From an uncultured Candidatus Saccharibacteria bacterium (GTDB taxonomy: Bacteria > Patescibacteriota > Minisyncoccia > Phycocordibacterales > DATDWN01): DNA of 64,000 nucleotides. The translations under genes and the position numbers were made by a program. Of this stretch, positions 20,662 to 30,477 are shown piece by piece. Every line of letters starts with the position of its first letter. Within the stretch, counting starts at the first letter, position 1. A model generated the notes under the pieces. It did no database searches, was not told the origin of the DNA, and was given only the letters and a program-made list of their open reading frames with translations. Location: positions 4,535-68,534 of the forward strand of contig CAZKCA010000003.1 of the NCBI GenBank assembly GCA_964551495.1. The letters run 5' to 3'.

Positions 20662-20697
20662 AAAAATCTCTCGTCTTTGGATGAGAGATTTTTGTTT
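20659..20697 (+). terminator. intrinsic terminator
   Basis: AACAAAAATCTCTCGTC-loop-GATGAGAGATTTTTGTT. Confidence 0.75.
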
Positions 20698-20787
20698 CTC
20701 TCATACATACTATTATTCACAACAACTTTTCTTTAGCAAGAGTTTTTTGCATTAGAACCTTAAAAAAAATATATGGCAACATTTATT

Positions 20788-22461
20788 TTATGATTCTAAA
20801 TCTAACACCCTCTCTATTTCTTCTATCGTTGTTACTCCAGATAGTACTTTTAATACTCCATCTTGAGATAATGTAGGAATATTTTGATCCATTGATGCTT
20901 TTTTTATTTCTCTTTCAGAAGGGTTTTCTTTAACAGCCTCTTCAATTTTTTCATCCATTAGTATTGCTTCATAAAGTCCAATCCTACCTTTAAATCCAGT
21001 GAAGTTACATTTTTCACAACCAACTTTTTCCCATTTTTTATTAACATCTAATCCTTCTAGATAAGTTTTATCTTTAAAGGTTCCCAATATTGAATCAACT
21101 ATAACTTTTTCTCTCTCTTCCAAAACAGATTCTTTTTTACAATGAGGACAAAGTTTTCTAACAAGTCTTTGGGCCATAGCCATATTTACAGCAGAAGAAA
21201 TAATTTTTGGATTAACCCCAAGATCAATAAGTCTAGGAAATGTTCCTGCGGCGTTGTTTGTGTGCAAAGTAGAAAACACCAAGTGTCCTGTTAAGGCAGA
21301 GTTTATAGCAATCTCTGCAGTTTCACCGTCTCTTATTTCACCAACCATTATTACATCAGGGTCTTGTCTTAGGGCGCTTCTAAGTCCTTCACTAAAGTTA
21401 TAGTTTTTTGCTTCGTCGGTTTGGGTCTGAACTATTCCAGGTAAATGGTATTCAATAGGATTTTCTATGGTTATTATTTTTACTTCTGTTGTGTGGACTT
21501 TTTTTAGAAATGCATAAAGTGTAGTAGTTTTACCAGAACCAGTAGGTCCTGTGTTTAAAATCATTCCATTGGGCCTTCTTATTTCTTTCATTATAATCTG
21601 AAGCAGTCTAGGATGAATTCCTAAATTTTCTAATTCAACAGAAATAGAATTAGGGTTTAAGACCCTCATAACAACTGATTCGTTGTATGCTCCCGGTATA
21701 GAAGATGTTCTTATTTCAATTTCAGTATCTTTTATTTTTATACTAAATCTCCCATCTTGTGATCCTTTAACATTTATCTTCAAATTTGAAATAAGTTTTA
21801 TACGAGAAAGTAAGAGCTTGTATGTGTTTAAATCAAACTCCAAAATATCAGTTAGGATTCCATCTAATCTATAACGAAGTCTAACGTAATCTTCTTCTGG
21901 TTCTAAATGAATATCGGAAGCGTTTACGGAAATAGCTCCAGCTAGAATAATTTCAAGAATTCTAGATATTCTGTAGCTTTTTTTCATATGCAAAACTTCT
22001 CCTATAAGGTTTTGTACATCAGTAATAGTGTTTACTTGAGATAAAAATTCATTTATTTGATCGTTTGAAATATCTAGGGCACCAGATTTTGTTTCAAATG
22101 AATAAGAAAGGTCTTTGTACCTATCCCAAACTTTGTTTAGGCTAGCATGAGAAACCATGTAAAGTTCTGGTGTATATCCTTTTAATTTAATTTTCTCTAA
22201 AAATTCTTTTGTCTTAGGGTTGTTTGGTGACAATACTCCTATGCTTGCAATTTTATTAATTTCATTAAATACAGCAAGTTGTCCTTCTCTTGATTCTATT
22301 TCGGAGATAATTCTTAACGCATCTATGTTTATAGGTGTAACAGTAAGATCTAAATAGGGGATACCATATTTACTTGCTAATATTTGAGCTAAATCTTCTT
22401 CTTCTTTTTTTCTCAGCTCATCTATTTTTTTCTTTTGCTTGTCTTCATCAAAAGTAATCAT
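20788..22461 (-). CDS. type IV pilus/type II secretion ATPase GspE/PilB family
   Basis: ASDIHLEP, QDGRF, TGPTGSGKTTTLY, LRQDPDVIMVGEIRD, TGHLVFSTLHTN, CxxC pairs. Confidence 0.95.
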   Translation of the reverse strand: MITFDEDKQKKKIDELRKKEEEDLAQILASKYGIPYLDLTVTPINIDALRIISEIESREGQLAVFNEINKIASIGVLSPNNPKTKEFLEKIKLKGYTPELYMVSHASLNKVWDRYKDLSYSFETKSGALDISNDQINEFLSQVNTITDVQNLIGEVLHMKKSYRISRILEIILAGAISVNASDIHLEPEEDYVRLRYRLDGILTDILEFDLNTYKLLLSRIKLISNLKINVKGSQDGRFSIKIKDTEIEIRTSSIPGAYNESVVMRVLNPNSISVELENLGIHPRLLQIIMKEIRRPNGMILNTGPTGSGKTTTLYAFLKKVHTTEVKIITIENPIEYHLPGIVQTQTDEAKNYNFSEGLRSALRQDPDVIMVGEIRDGETAEIAINSALTGHLVFSTLHTNNAAGTFPRLIDLGVNPKIISSAVNMAMAQRLVRKLCPHCKKESVLEEREKVIVDSILGTFKDKTYLEGLDVNKKWEKVGCEKCNFTGFKGRIGLYEAILMDEKIEEAVKENPSEREIKKASMDQNIPTLSQDGVLKVLSGVTTIEEIERVLDLES

Positions 22462-22554
22462 AAAAATATTGTAACACACAAAACCAATTCAAAGTTGTTA
22501 AAAACTTTGAAAATAACCCTGTAGTATATTTATGAAATAAATTCACTACATGGG

Positions 22555-22584
22555 TTGACAAAATGACATCAAATATGCTATAAT
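22555..22584 (+). promoter_or_regulatory. sigma70-type promoter
   Basis: TTGACA-18 nt-TATAAT with TG extension, followed by AGGAGGT Shine-Dalgarno. Confidence 0.7.
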
Positions 22585-22602
22585 ATAGGTAGGAGGTGCA
22601 AG

Positions 22603-23364
22603 ATGCATCTGTTCATTAAAAACTTGATTGTGGTGCTCTTCTGCGCCACCGCGATTTTTTCCACTTTGGCTCAAGAGAGCCGAGTGGAAGGTTGGACTGT
22701 TCCTGCACAGGCCGAGCCTGTGGCCGAGCTTTCTCAGGAGGCACCGGTTCAGGAAACCAAAAAGGTTTCCGAACCGCCAGATAAAAAAGTTGAAGATCCT
22801 CTTATGGATCTCAAAACTGAAGTTTCAGCCAGAGCTGAAACTCTTAGAGAGATTGAGGAGAAGAAAAAGAAACTCGAGGCTTACAAGAAGTCTCTTTCTC
22901 CTCTTGAAAAGAAAGCTCTCAAGCAAATTAGAGAGCAGGAGGAGAACGAGCAAAAGAGAGAGCAAAGGATTCTGCAGGCTCGTCGTGAGTCCAACCTTTC
23001 TGGGTGTCAAAACCCAGAAGAAGTTTGGGTTAATGATGATTTCGCCGATATGAGAACTTGGCGTGTAAACGCTAGGGTTCTTGTGGCCAATGTCAGTGGT
23101 GTTCCAATTGACATCACTGTTGGTGGGATTCCGGCGGTGCGAAATCTTTGTCCAGGAGGCTCTCTGACCCTTACTAGAAGTCTAAATACTTGGAGAGATG
23201 GGAACAATCCTAGGATTATTTTCTCTGCCCAAGGCACCCTGGATGATGGTAGGGTTGGCACTGCCGAAAAAAGTGTCTTCCTGAATGTCTGGCAGGCTCA
23301 ATGGCAGTTGAGTCGCCAGGAGGCGTGGAACATCTGTTTGCGAGGAAGCAGATGTTCTAACTAA
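22603..23364 (+). CDS. secreted hypothetical protein (coiled coil plus beta domain)
   Basis: Signal peptide, own promoter, SD and terminator; GC-richer than neighbours. Confidence 0.8.
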   Translation: MHLFIKNLIVVLFCATAIFSTLAQESRVEGWTVPAQAEPVAELSQEAPVQETKKVSEPPDKKVEDPLMDLKTEVSARAETLREIEEKKKKLEAYKKSLSPLEKKALKQIREQEENEQKREQRILQARRESNLSGCQNPEEVWVNDDFADMRTWRVNARVLVANVSGVPIDITVGGIPAVRNLCPGGSLTLTRSLNTWRDGNNPRIIFSAQGTLDDGRVGTAEKSVFLNVWQAQWQLSRQEAWNICLRGSRCSN

Positions 23365-23443
23365 ATTTTTTGTTCGGCCCCTCGCAAGGCAAACCCCCAG
23401 CGCTACATGCGTTGGGGGTATTTTTTTGTTAGAATTCCAAAGT

Positions 23444-23878
23444 ATGAACTACAAAACATCTAATCCAGAAGAAAATGAAAAGATTGTTTCAGAATTTTTA
23501 GAAAAACTTAGACCAAAGGATGATGGTGCAACAATCCTTGGTCTTTATGGTGATCTTGGTTCTGGTAAAACAACTTTTACTAAAAGTTTGGCAAAAGTTT
23601 TGGGTGTAGAAGCGGTTGTTATAAGCCCAACTTTTGTAATAGAAAAGATTTATTCTCTAGAAAATAAACCATTTAAACATCTTATACACATAGATGCATA
23701 CAGAATAGAAAAATCTGAAGAAATGTTAAGGCTTGGTTGGCAAAAAATAGTTTCCGATAAAGAAAATCTAATTGTTGTAGAGTGGCCAGAGAGGATTTTT
23801 GATATTTTAGGTGATCATATAAAGATAAAATTTGACCATATTGGAGATAATGAGCGAGAAATAGAAATAGACCTTTAG
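23444..23878 (+). CDS. tsaE: tRNA threonylcarbamoyladenosine biosynthesis ATPase TsaE
   Basis: GDLGSGKTTF, SPTF, HIDAYR, VEWPE. Confidence 0.95.
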   Translation: MNYKTSNPEENEKIVSEFLEKLRPKDDGATILGLYGDLGSGKTTFTKSLAKVLGVEAVVISPTFVIEKIYSLENKPFKHLIHIDAYRIEKSEEMLRLGWQKIVSDKENLIVVEWPERIFDILGDHIKIKFDHIGDNEREIEIDL

Positions 23879-23893
23879 TGATATAATTTATAT

Positions 23894-26242
23894 ATGGCAA
23901 AAGAAAAGAATCAAAAAGTAGCCCTACTCGATGTTCACGCTATACTTCACAGGGCATACCATGCTTTACCGGATTTTAAATCTAGTAAAGGAGAACCGAC
24001 AGGAGCTTTGTATGGTCTTTGTACTTTTTTGATAAAACTAATTAAAGATGTGGAGCCAGATTATATTTTGGCTTGTTTTGATCTACCTGAAAAAACAGAA
24101 AGACATGAAATGTATGAAGATTATAAAGCTGGTAGAAAAAAAGCTGATGACGAACTTGTTTTTCAATTAGAAAAATCGAAAGAAGTTTTTGAAGCTCTAA
24201 GTATTCCAATGTTTTCTTCTAAAGGTTTTGAGGCTGATGATATGCTTGGAACAATAGTTGAGCAGATGAAGGATAAAGATTATGACATCATAATTGCTTC
24301 GGGGGACATGGATACAATGCAACTTGTTTCTGGTAAAAAAGTAAGAGTTTATACTTTGAAAAAAGGCATCAAAGATACTGTTATATATGATGAGGATGCT
24401 GTTATTGAAAGGTTTGGTTTTGAACCAAAATATTTGGCTGATTTTAAAGGACTAAGAGGTGATCCTTCTGACAATATTGTTGGTATTTCAGGTATTGGAG
24501 AAAAAACAGCAACAGAGCTTATTGTAAAGTTTGGAAGTCTAGAGGATATTTATAAAAAACTAAAAACAAGTGAAGAAATTTTTATAAAAGCAGGAATTAA
24601 AAAAAGAACAGTAGATCTTTTGAAAGATGGAGAAGAAGAGGCGATGTTTTCAAAGATGTTAGCAACAATAAGACGTGATGCTCCTATTTTTGTTTCCTTA
24701 AATGATCATAGGTGGAGTAAAGATGTTTCTATGGATAAGGTAGAAACCTTGTTTAGAGAGCTAGAGTTCAAAACTCTTGGTCAAAAATTGGCCGAGGTTT
24801 TGTCTATAAAAATAGAGTCAAAAAATAATATAGAAGAAAAAGCTGAAGATATAGAAGAGACCAAACTGCTTCTCTGGATTATAGATTCAAATAAAACCAA
24901 TCCTTCTGTTTCAGATATTTATTCTTATACACATAAAGACAATTTAACAGAGGCTAAAAAAGTTTTAGAGAAGATAATAAAAGATCAAAACCTTGAATTT
25001 GTTTTGGATCAAATAGAAAAACCACTTATGCCAATAACAAAAGAAATGAAAGATATTGGTGTAAAAATAGATACGGTTGGTTTAAAAGATCTATCAAATA
25101 AATATCATAAAAAATTATCTGAGTTAGAGAAGAAAATATGGAAGTTGGCAGGAGAAGAGTTTAATATAAATTCTCCAAAACAGTTAGGGGAAATTTTGTT
25201 TGTTAAATTAGGTTTGAAGGTAAAAAATCAAAAGAAAACAGCTGGAGGTAGTTTTTCCACTAAAGAATCAGAACTTGAAAAACTAAAAGAGGAACATAAA
25301 ATTGCTGAATACATTTTAGAATATAGAGAATTAGCTAAACTTTTAGGTACATATATAGACACCATTCCTACTCAAGTAGATGATAAAGGTAGACTGCATG
25401 CAGATTTTATCCAAACAGGGTCTACTACTGGTAGAATGGCTTCTAGTAATCCAAATTTACAAAATATTCCAAATAAAACAGATTTGGGAAGGGAAATAAG
25501 AAAATCTTTTGTAACAGAAAAAGGATGGAAACTTGTTTCTTTTGATTATTCTCAAATAGAACTTCGTATTGCCGCTTTCCTTTCGGGTGATAAAAAGTTG
25601 ATCGAAATTTTTAATAAAGGAGAAGATATTCATACAGCTGTTGCCTCTGAAGTTTTTGGTGTTAACAAAGAGCAAGTTACAAAAGAAATGAGAAGTCATG
25701 CTAAGGTCATAAATTTTGGGGTTATGTATGGTATGGGTGTTTTGGCTTTGAAACAAAATCTAGGAACCTCTAAAGAGGAAGCTCAAGAATTTTTAGATGG
25801 TTACTTTAATAAATTTAATGGTTTGGCAGAATATTTAGAAAATATAAAAAGAGAAACCGCTCAAAGGGGTTATACCGAAACTTTTTTTGGTCGCAGAAGG
25901 TATTTTCCAGAGATTAGATCAAAACTTCCTTTTATGAAAGCCTCTGCTGAAAGAATGGCTATAAATGCACCAATACAAGGAACAGAAGCAGATATTATAA
26001 AACTAGCTATGGTAAAAGTAGATAATTTTTTGAAGCAAAAAAATTTAAAAAACGAAGTTCGTCTTTTATTGCAAGTTCATGATGAGTTGGTTTATGAGAT
26101 AAAAGATAATATTGTTACAGCTGTTGCTTCTGAGGTTAAGAATATTATGGAATCCATAATAGATCCAAAAAAGACCCACGGTGTTGTTTGTGTTGCAGAG
26201 GCTTCTTTTGGTGATAATTGGGCAGAGATGGAAAAAATATGA
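23894..26242 (+). CDS. polA: DNA polymerase I (5'-3' exonuclease + polymerase, reduced 3'-5' exonuclease region)
   Basis: RAYHALP, EADD, GDPSDNI.GI.GIGEKTA, TGRMASSNPNLQNIP, DYSQIELR, LLQVHDELV. Confidence 0.98.
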   Translation: MAKEKNQKVALLDVHAILHRAYHALPDFKSSKGEPTGALYGLCTFLIKLIKDVEPDYILACFDLPEKTERHEMYEDYKAGRKKADDELVFQLEKSKEVFEALSIPMFSSKGFEADDMLGTIVEQMKDKDYDIIIASGDMDTMQLVSGKKVRVYTLKKGIKDTVIYDEDAVIERFGFEPKYLADFKGLRGDPSDNIVGISGIGEKTATELIVKFGSLEDIYKKLKTSEEIFIKAGIKKRTVDLLKDGEEEAMFSKMLATIRRDAPIFVSLNDHRWSKDVSMDKVETLFRELEFKTLGQKLAEVLSIKIESKNNIEEKAEDIEETKLLLWIIDSNKTNPSVSDIYSYTHKDNLTEAKKVLEKIIKDQNLEFVLDQIEKPLMPITKEMKDIGVKIDTVGLKDLSNKYHKKLSELEKKIWKLAGEEFNINSPKQLGEILFVKLGLKVKNQKKTAGGSFSTKESELEKLKEEHKIAEYILEYRELAKLLGTYIDTIPTQVDDKGRLHADFIQTGSTTGRMASSNPNLQNIPNKTDLGREIRKSFVTEKGWKLVSFDYSQIELRIAAFLSGDKKLIEIFNKGEDIHTAVASEVFGVNKEQVTKEMRSHAKVINFGVMYGMGVLALKQNLGTSKEEAQEFLDGYFNKFNGLAEYLENIKRETAQRGYTETFFGRRRYFPEIRSKLPFMKASAERMAINAPIQGTEADIIKLAMVKVDNFLKQKNLKNEVRLLLQVHDELVYEIKDNIVTAVASEVKNIMESIIDPKKTHGVVCVAEASFGDNWAEMEKI

Positions 26243-26952
26243 TTTATTTTTTGTATGGTAATGATAAATTTTCTTCCAGAAAAAAGATGCACAGCATCTT
26301 GGATGCTTTGTGTAAAAAAAGACCTGATGCCGAAATATTTAAAATAAATACTGAAAATTTTGATTATTCTAAATTCGAGGAACTCATTTTTTCCCAAGGG
26401 CTTTTTGATTCAAAGTATATAGTAGTAACAGATAATTTGTTTGAAGATAAAAATATAAAAGATTTTTTTATTGAAAAATTACCATTTATCAAAGACTCTG
26501 CCAATGTTTTTGTTTCTTTGGAGAGCAAAGTGGATGTAAAAAGTTTAAAAGATATAGAAAAATATTCAGAAAAAGTCCAGGAATTCTCTACCAAAGAAGA
26601 TGGTAAAAAATTTTTTAATGTGTTTGGGATAACTGATGGTATTTTAGAAAAAGACAAAAAAAGACTTTGGATTGATTATTTGAAAACAATACAAGAAGGT
26701 ATCCCTTCGGAAGAGTTGCATGGTATTATATTTTGGCAAGTAAAAAATATGGCCATTGTTTCAAAAGTTGACAGTCAAAAAGATTGTGATTTGACTCCTT
26801 ATCAATATAAAAATGCTTTATCTGGAAGTAGAAACTATAAAGATCAGGATATAGAAAGGATGATGTCGGATTTGGTTTCTATGACCCACAAAGTCAGGTC
26901 TGGCGAAGGGGATTTAGATATTATGCTAGAGAAGTGGATTTTAGGTTTGTAA
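26239..26952 (+). CDS. holA: DNA polymerase III delta subunit-like
   Basis: MIYFLYGND start, 'SQGLFDSKYIVV', 'FNVFGITD'; overlaps polA stop (ATGA). Confidence 0.75.
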   Translation: MIYFLYGNDKFSSRKKMHSILDALCKKRPDAEIFKINTENFDYSKFEELIFSQGLFDSKYIVVTDNLFEDKNIKDFFIEKLPFIKDSANVFVSLESKVDVKSLKDIEKYSEKVQEFSTKEDGKKFFNVFGITDGILEKDKKRLWIDYLKTIQEGIPSEELHGIIFWQVKNMAIVSKVDSQKDCDLTPYQYKNALSGSRNYKDQDIERMMSDLVSMTHKVRSGEGDLDIMLEKWILGL

Positions 26953-26962
26953 AAGACCCGTG

Positions 26963-27094
26963 TTAAGCGGGTCTTGTTTCTTCTCCAACCATGAATTGGA
27001 TTGCCTTTTTGCCAACCGCTTTTACAATAAGCGGTGTGCTGAAGATCATTCCAATCAGGATCAGTCCTGCAAATTTCAGGTATTTTTTGGTCAC
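26963..27094 (-). CDS. small 43-aa membrane peptide (not in ORF track)
   Basis: GGAGG SD then GTG: MTKKYLKFAGLILIGMIFSTPLIVKAVGKKAIQFMVGEETRPA; hairpin GACCCG-TGTTAAG-CGGGTC at the stop. Confidence 0.5.
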   Translation of the reverse strand: MTKKYLKFAGLILIGMIFSTPLIVKAVGKKAIQFMVGEETRPA

Positions 27095-27164
27095 GAAATC
27101 CTCCAAGTAAATGTTTACATATTTTAGAGAGAGAGTAAAGATAGGGTATGAAAGAAAAAATTGG

Positions 27165-27457
27165 TAGGATATCTTGTGGTCACAAATAAATTTCTGCTGA
27201 AATTTTTCGCGACCCCGGCTCGGCCCGTCGGCCTGCGCCTCGCACCAGTAAACAAAAACAGCAGGACTTCGACCCTTACAGGGTCAGTACCCCAATTGGA
27301 TATTTTTGTTCAAAATTTGTGTGTCCTGGATAATTTTCTCACCGACGTTCGAAAATTTCCTCGGACCCTGACCTCGCGACCAGTCGTGCCCGACTGGTGC
27401 CCGCTCCGGTCCGCACACGTAAACAAAAACAGCATAATATGCTGTTTTTGAATCGTG
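27165..27457. repeat. tRNA-adjacent GC-rich repeat region (two related units)
   Basis: GTAAACAAAAACAGCA at 27248 and 27419; related AT-rich hairpin motifs at 27186 and 27328; 34-nt segment shared with 31918-31951. Confidence 0.55.
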
Positions 27458-27530
27458 TGCGCCCGGCAGGAATCGAACCTGCGACCATCTCCTTAAAAGG
27501 GAGCTGCTCTACCGACTGAGCTACGGGCGC
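27458..27530 (-). tRNA. tRNA-Lys(TTT)
   Basis: GCGCCCG acceptor, TAGCTCAGTCGGTAGAGC, loop CTTTTAA, GGTTCGATTCC. Confidence 0.95.
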
Positions 27531-27802
27531 AAAATGCTTTAGAAAATCAAACTACTTTAATTTTCTATTACTTCTGCGGGTCACAGCCATGTTTTGCTAC
27601 CAAGCAAAACAGGCGAGGTGAGAAGTGATATTATCACTTCGCAAGACCTTGAACACCTGTAATCAGGTGGGGAAGGTATACCGCACATGTAATTTTGGGT
27701 CGTGGAAATTTTCTTGTGACGACAAGAAAATTATCCCTGACCAAAATTACTATAAATATTAACTCTAAGAAATATACCAAATAAAAACAAATTGTCCAAT
27801 AA

Positions 27803-28144
27803 TTATAGAGGTAAATCAAAAGCTAAAAATCCTGGACCGGTGAAGAGCAGTGAAAATAGGACTGTGATAATCAAAAAATAAATATAGAAGTTTGGCTTTT
27901 CTCCACTTTTTTTATTTATATAGTAATCTACTTTTGCTAAAACTATTGCTACAAGAACAGCCACTTGTGTAAATAGCCCAATAAAAATAAACATACTTGT
28001 TATTATGTAAAATACAGATAACCATTTGTATGGTTTTTTTAATCTCTCTAATCCATATTTTAATCCAACAACAGAAACTGCAATTCTTATTAAAAAAGGC
28101 GATAGTATCCCAAAAGTTAGCAGATCTGGAAATATTGAAAGCAT
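27803..28144 (-). CDS. DoxX-like membrane protein
   Basis: 'IGLFTQ', C-terminal 'GPGFLAFDLPL'. Confidence 0.7.
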   Translation of the reverse strand: MLSIFPDLLTFGILSPFLIRIAVSVVGLKYGLERLKKPYKWLSVFYIITSMFIFIGLFTQVAVLVAIVLAKVDYYINKKSGEKPNFYIYFLIITVLFSLLFTGPGFLAFDLPL

Positions 28145-28197
28145 AAAGACATTTTAATTGGTTTTTTATATATAATCAATATGTTATAGTCATTTTT

Positions 28198-28671
28198 ATG
28201 AAAAAAGAGGTATTTGTTTTGCTTCACAACATAAGAAGCATTCATAATGTTGGTTCTATTTTTAGGACAGCAAGCGCTTTGGGTGTGTCTAAAATATACT
28301 TATCTGGTTTTACTCCTACACCAACAGATCGTTTTGGCAAAAAAAGAAGTGATTTTGCTAAAGTTGCTTTAGGGTCTGAAGAGGTGATTGAATGGAAATA
28401 TGAAGATGATCCAATTAAGCTTTTGAAAAATTTAAAAAAAGAAGGAGTTTGTGTTGTTTCTGTAGAACAAGATAAAAAATCTGTTGATTATAAAAAAATA
28501 AAAATTAAATACCCTGTTGTTTTTATGGTAGGTGAGGAAACAAAAGGGATAGATAAAAATATTTTGAAAATTTCAGATTATATAGCTGAAATACCAATGA
28601 AAGGGAACAAAGAGTCTTTAAATGTTTCTGTGGCTTTTGGGGTGGCTTTGTTTAGGATTTTAGGTCTTTAG
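28198..28671 (+). CDS. SpoU/TrmH family RNA methyltransferase
   Basis: NIRSIHNVGSIFRTA, GEETKGI, IPMKG.KESLNVSVA. Confidence 0.92.
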   Translation: MKKEVFVLLHNIRSIHNVGSIFRTASALGVSKIYLSGFTPTPTDRFGKKRSDFAKVALGSEEVIEWKYEDDPIKLLKNLKKEGVCVVSVEQDKKSVDYKKIKIKYPVVFMVGEETKGIDKNILKISDYIAEIPMKGNKESLNVSVAFGVALFRILGL

Positions 28672-29564
28672 TAGGTCAGAGAATCAACAATTTTTCCTTC
28701 GTTGTCATAAAGAACAATGTTTTCTCTTCTTTGTTTCCACAAAATCTCACTTCTTTTTAGGTATATTCTCCACTCTTTTTTATAAAAATCAGGATCATCT
28801 TTGTATATATTTATACAAGAATTGTAGTTTATTTTTTCGTATATAAAATTTTTACACTCATAACTCCAATTTATCGGCAGTGTTTTAGTTTCTATTTTAC
28901 ATGAAGGAAATCTGTCTATGTAGTCAAAACAAGCGTCGTTTATTGTTAAGTTCGGTATGGATGAAAGATCCATGTCTCTTGGTCTCGGGCAACTAGTACT
29001 TAAATAGGGAACAAATGTTTGGAATTGAGATAGAAAACCAGAACATTTGTTTGTTTTAAAACTTGCTCCATTTGGAGAGATACCTGTAACTAAATAAACT
29101 TTATCTCCAGGAGACAAAATGACATTTTCTTCGTAGTTTACTTGTCCTGCAAAAAACAAATAAGAAGCCTTTGGTATTGTTGCGGTGTTTCCTGTGCTAG
29201 CACTTCTTATAACCCAACCGGTTATAGGTACGCTGGTTGTTGCTCTACTACTTACTTCTATTGTTACGTATTCTTTTCCTGGGGTTGTTGCCCGGGTTAC
29301 ATTTCTAAGTGAAACTATATCTTTATATTTTGATTCTGTTTTTCGTCTCTCCAAGGTTTCAATTTCTTTTTGTATTTTGTCTGCCTCTTTTTCTATATTA
29401 TTTAAATCTCTTTCAATTTGTACTAAGCTTTTTGGTTGAGAAGCGTTGTTGCTGTTTGATCCATTATTAAAAAATCCCGGTTGACCAACTTTAGAACCTC
29501 CAAAAACAGCAATTCCTATTATAAGTAGTAGTATGCCAACTCCTAAAAGATCGTCATTTTTCAT
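28668..29564 (-). CDS. membrane-anchored hypothetical protein, lamin-tail-like domain
   Basis: N-terminal TM, 'EYVTI...VPITGW', C-terminal 'IVLYDNEGKIVD'. Confidence 0.65.
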   Translation of the reverse strand: MKNDDLLGVGILLLIIGIAVFGGSKVGQPGFFNNGSNSNNASQPKSLVQIERDLNNIEKEADKIQKEIETLERRKTESKYKDIVSLRNVTRATTPGKEYVTIEVSSRATTSVPITGWVIRSASTGNTATIPKASYLFFAGQVNYEENVILSPGDKVYLVTGISPNGASFKTNKCSGFLSQFQTFVPYLSTSCPRPRDMDLSSIPNLTINDACFDYIDRFPSCKIETKTLPINWSYECKNFIYEKINYNSCINIYKDDPDFYKKEWRIYLKRSEILWKQRRENIVLYDNEGKIVDSLTY

Positions 29565-29573
29565 ACTTATATT

Positions 29574-30476
29574 TTACATCTTTTGGTGTTTATCACAAAA
29601 GTGTGTACTTCTTCCTCCAACAATAATTCTTTTTATTGTTCCTCCACAACCTTTTTTACTACAGATAGTTTTTGTTTTTCTGTATACTTTATGAGCATCT
29701 TGAAAACCTCCTTTTTGTCCATATATATTTCTATAATCCGACATAGAATCTCCTCCCATGGAAATTGATTTGTTTAATATTTTAATCATAGAAGACAGGA
29801 TATTTTTTAAATCTCTGTTGTTCAAATCTGCAACTTTTTTCTCTGGGTGTATCCCAGATTGCCACAACACTTCATCTGAGTATATGTTGCCGATACCTGC
29901 TAAAAGAGACTGATCCATTAAAGCAGTTTTGATTTTTAGTTTTGGTTTCTTAAATAACTGATTTTTTAGTATCTTAAGATCTATATCTTTTAAAGGATCT
30001 GGTCCTATATTTTTTAGATGTATGCTTTGGTGAACACTGTCTGTTTCAAACAGTCTAATTGTGGCAAATTTTCTCATATCGGAAAAAGCCAAGCTTTTTC
30101 CGTTGGAAAGTTTGAATAAAAATCTTACAAATCCATTAAAAGGGTCATTTAAATATTTATCATTACTTTTCCACTGGTTATTTTCAAAAAAATATTTTCC
30201 ATACAAAAAATGTCCAGTCATTTTCATGTGTACTAATATTGTTTTGTTTTGAGATAGGTGTATAAGAATATATTTTCCTTTTCTCTCTATATTTTTAAAT
30301 TTCTTACCAATAACTTCTTTTTTAAATATCTCAAAATATTTTTTGTTTTTAAGGCCTTCTTTTTGTTTAGATGTTGTTCCTATAAAATAATCAGTCCACA
30401 CATCTTTTATGGATAAATTTGGCAGGACTTCATTTAATCCTTTAACAGTTGTTGTTACTTCTGGTAGTTCCGGCAT
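29574..30476 (-). CDS. mutM: formamidopyrimidine-DNA glycosylase
   Basis: MPELPEV, RKGK, HMKMTG, LMDQ..AGIGNIYSDE, C-terminal zinc finger. Confidence 0.97.
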   Translation of the reverse strand: MPELPEVTTTVKGLNEVLPNLSIKDVWTDYFIGTTSKQKEGLKNKKYFEIFKKEVIGKKFKNIERKGKYILIHLSQNKTILVHMKMTGHFLYGKYFFENNQWKSNDKYLNDPFNGFVRFLFKLSNGKSLAFSDMRKFATIRLFETDSVHQSIHLKNIGPDPLKDIDLKILKNQLFKKPKLKIKTALMDQSLLAGIGNIYSDEVLWQSGIHPEKKVADLNNRDLKNILSSMIKILNKSISMGGDSMSDYRNIYGQKGGFQDAHKVYRKTKTICSKKGCGGTIKRIIVGGRSTHFCDKHQKM

Positions 30477-30477
30477 T

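Noticed and set aside
27165-27760. CRISPR array
   Set aside because: Only two to three degenerate, irregularly spaced repeats and no cas genes
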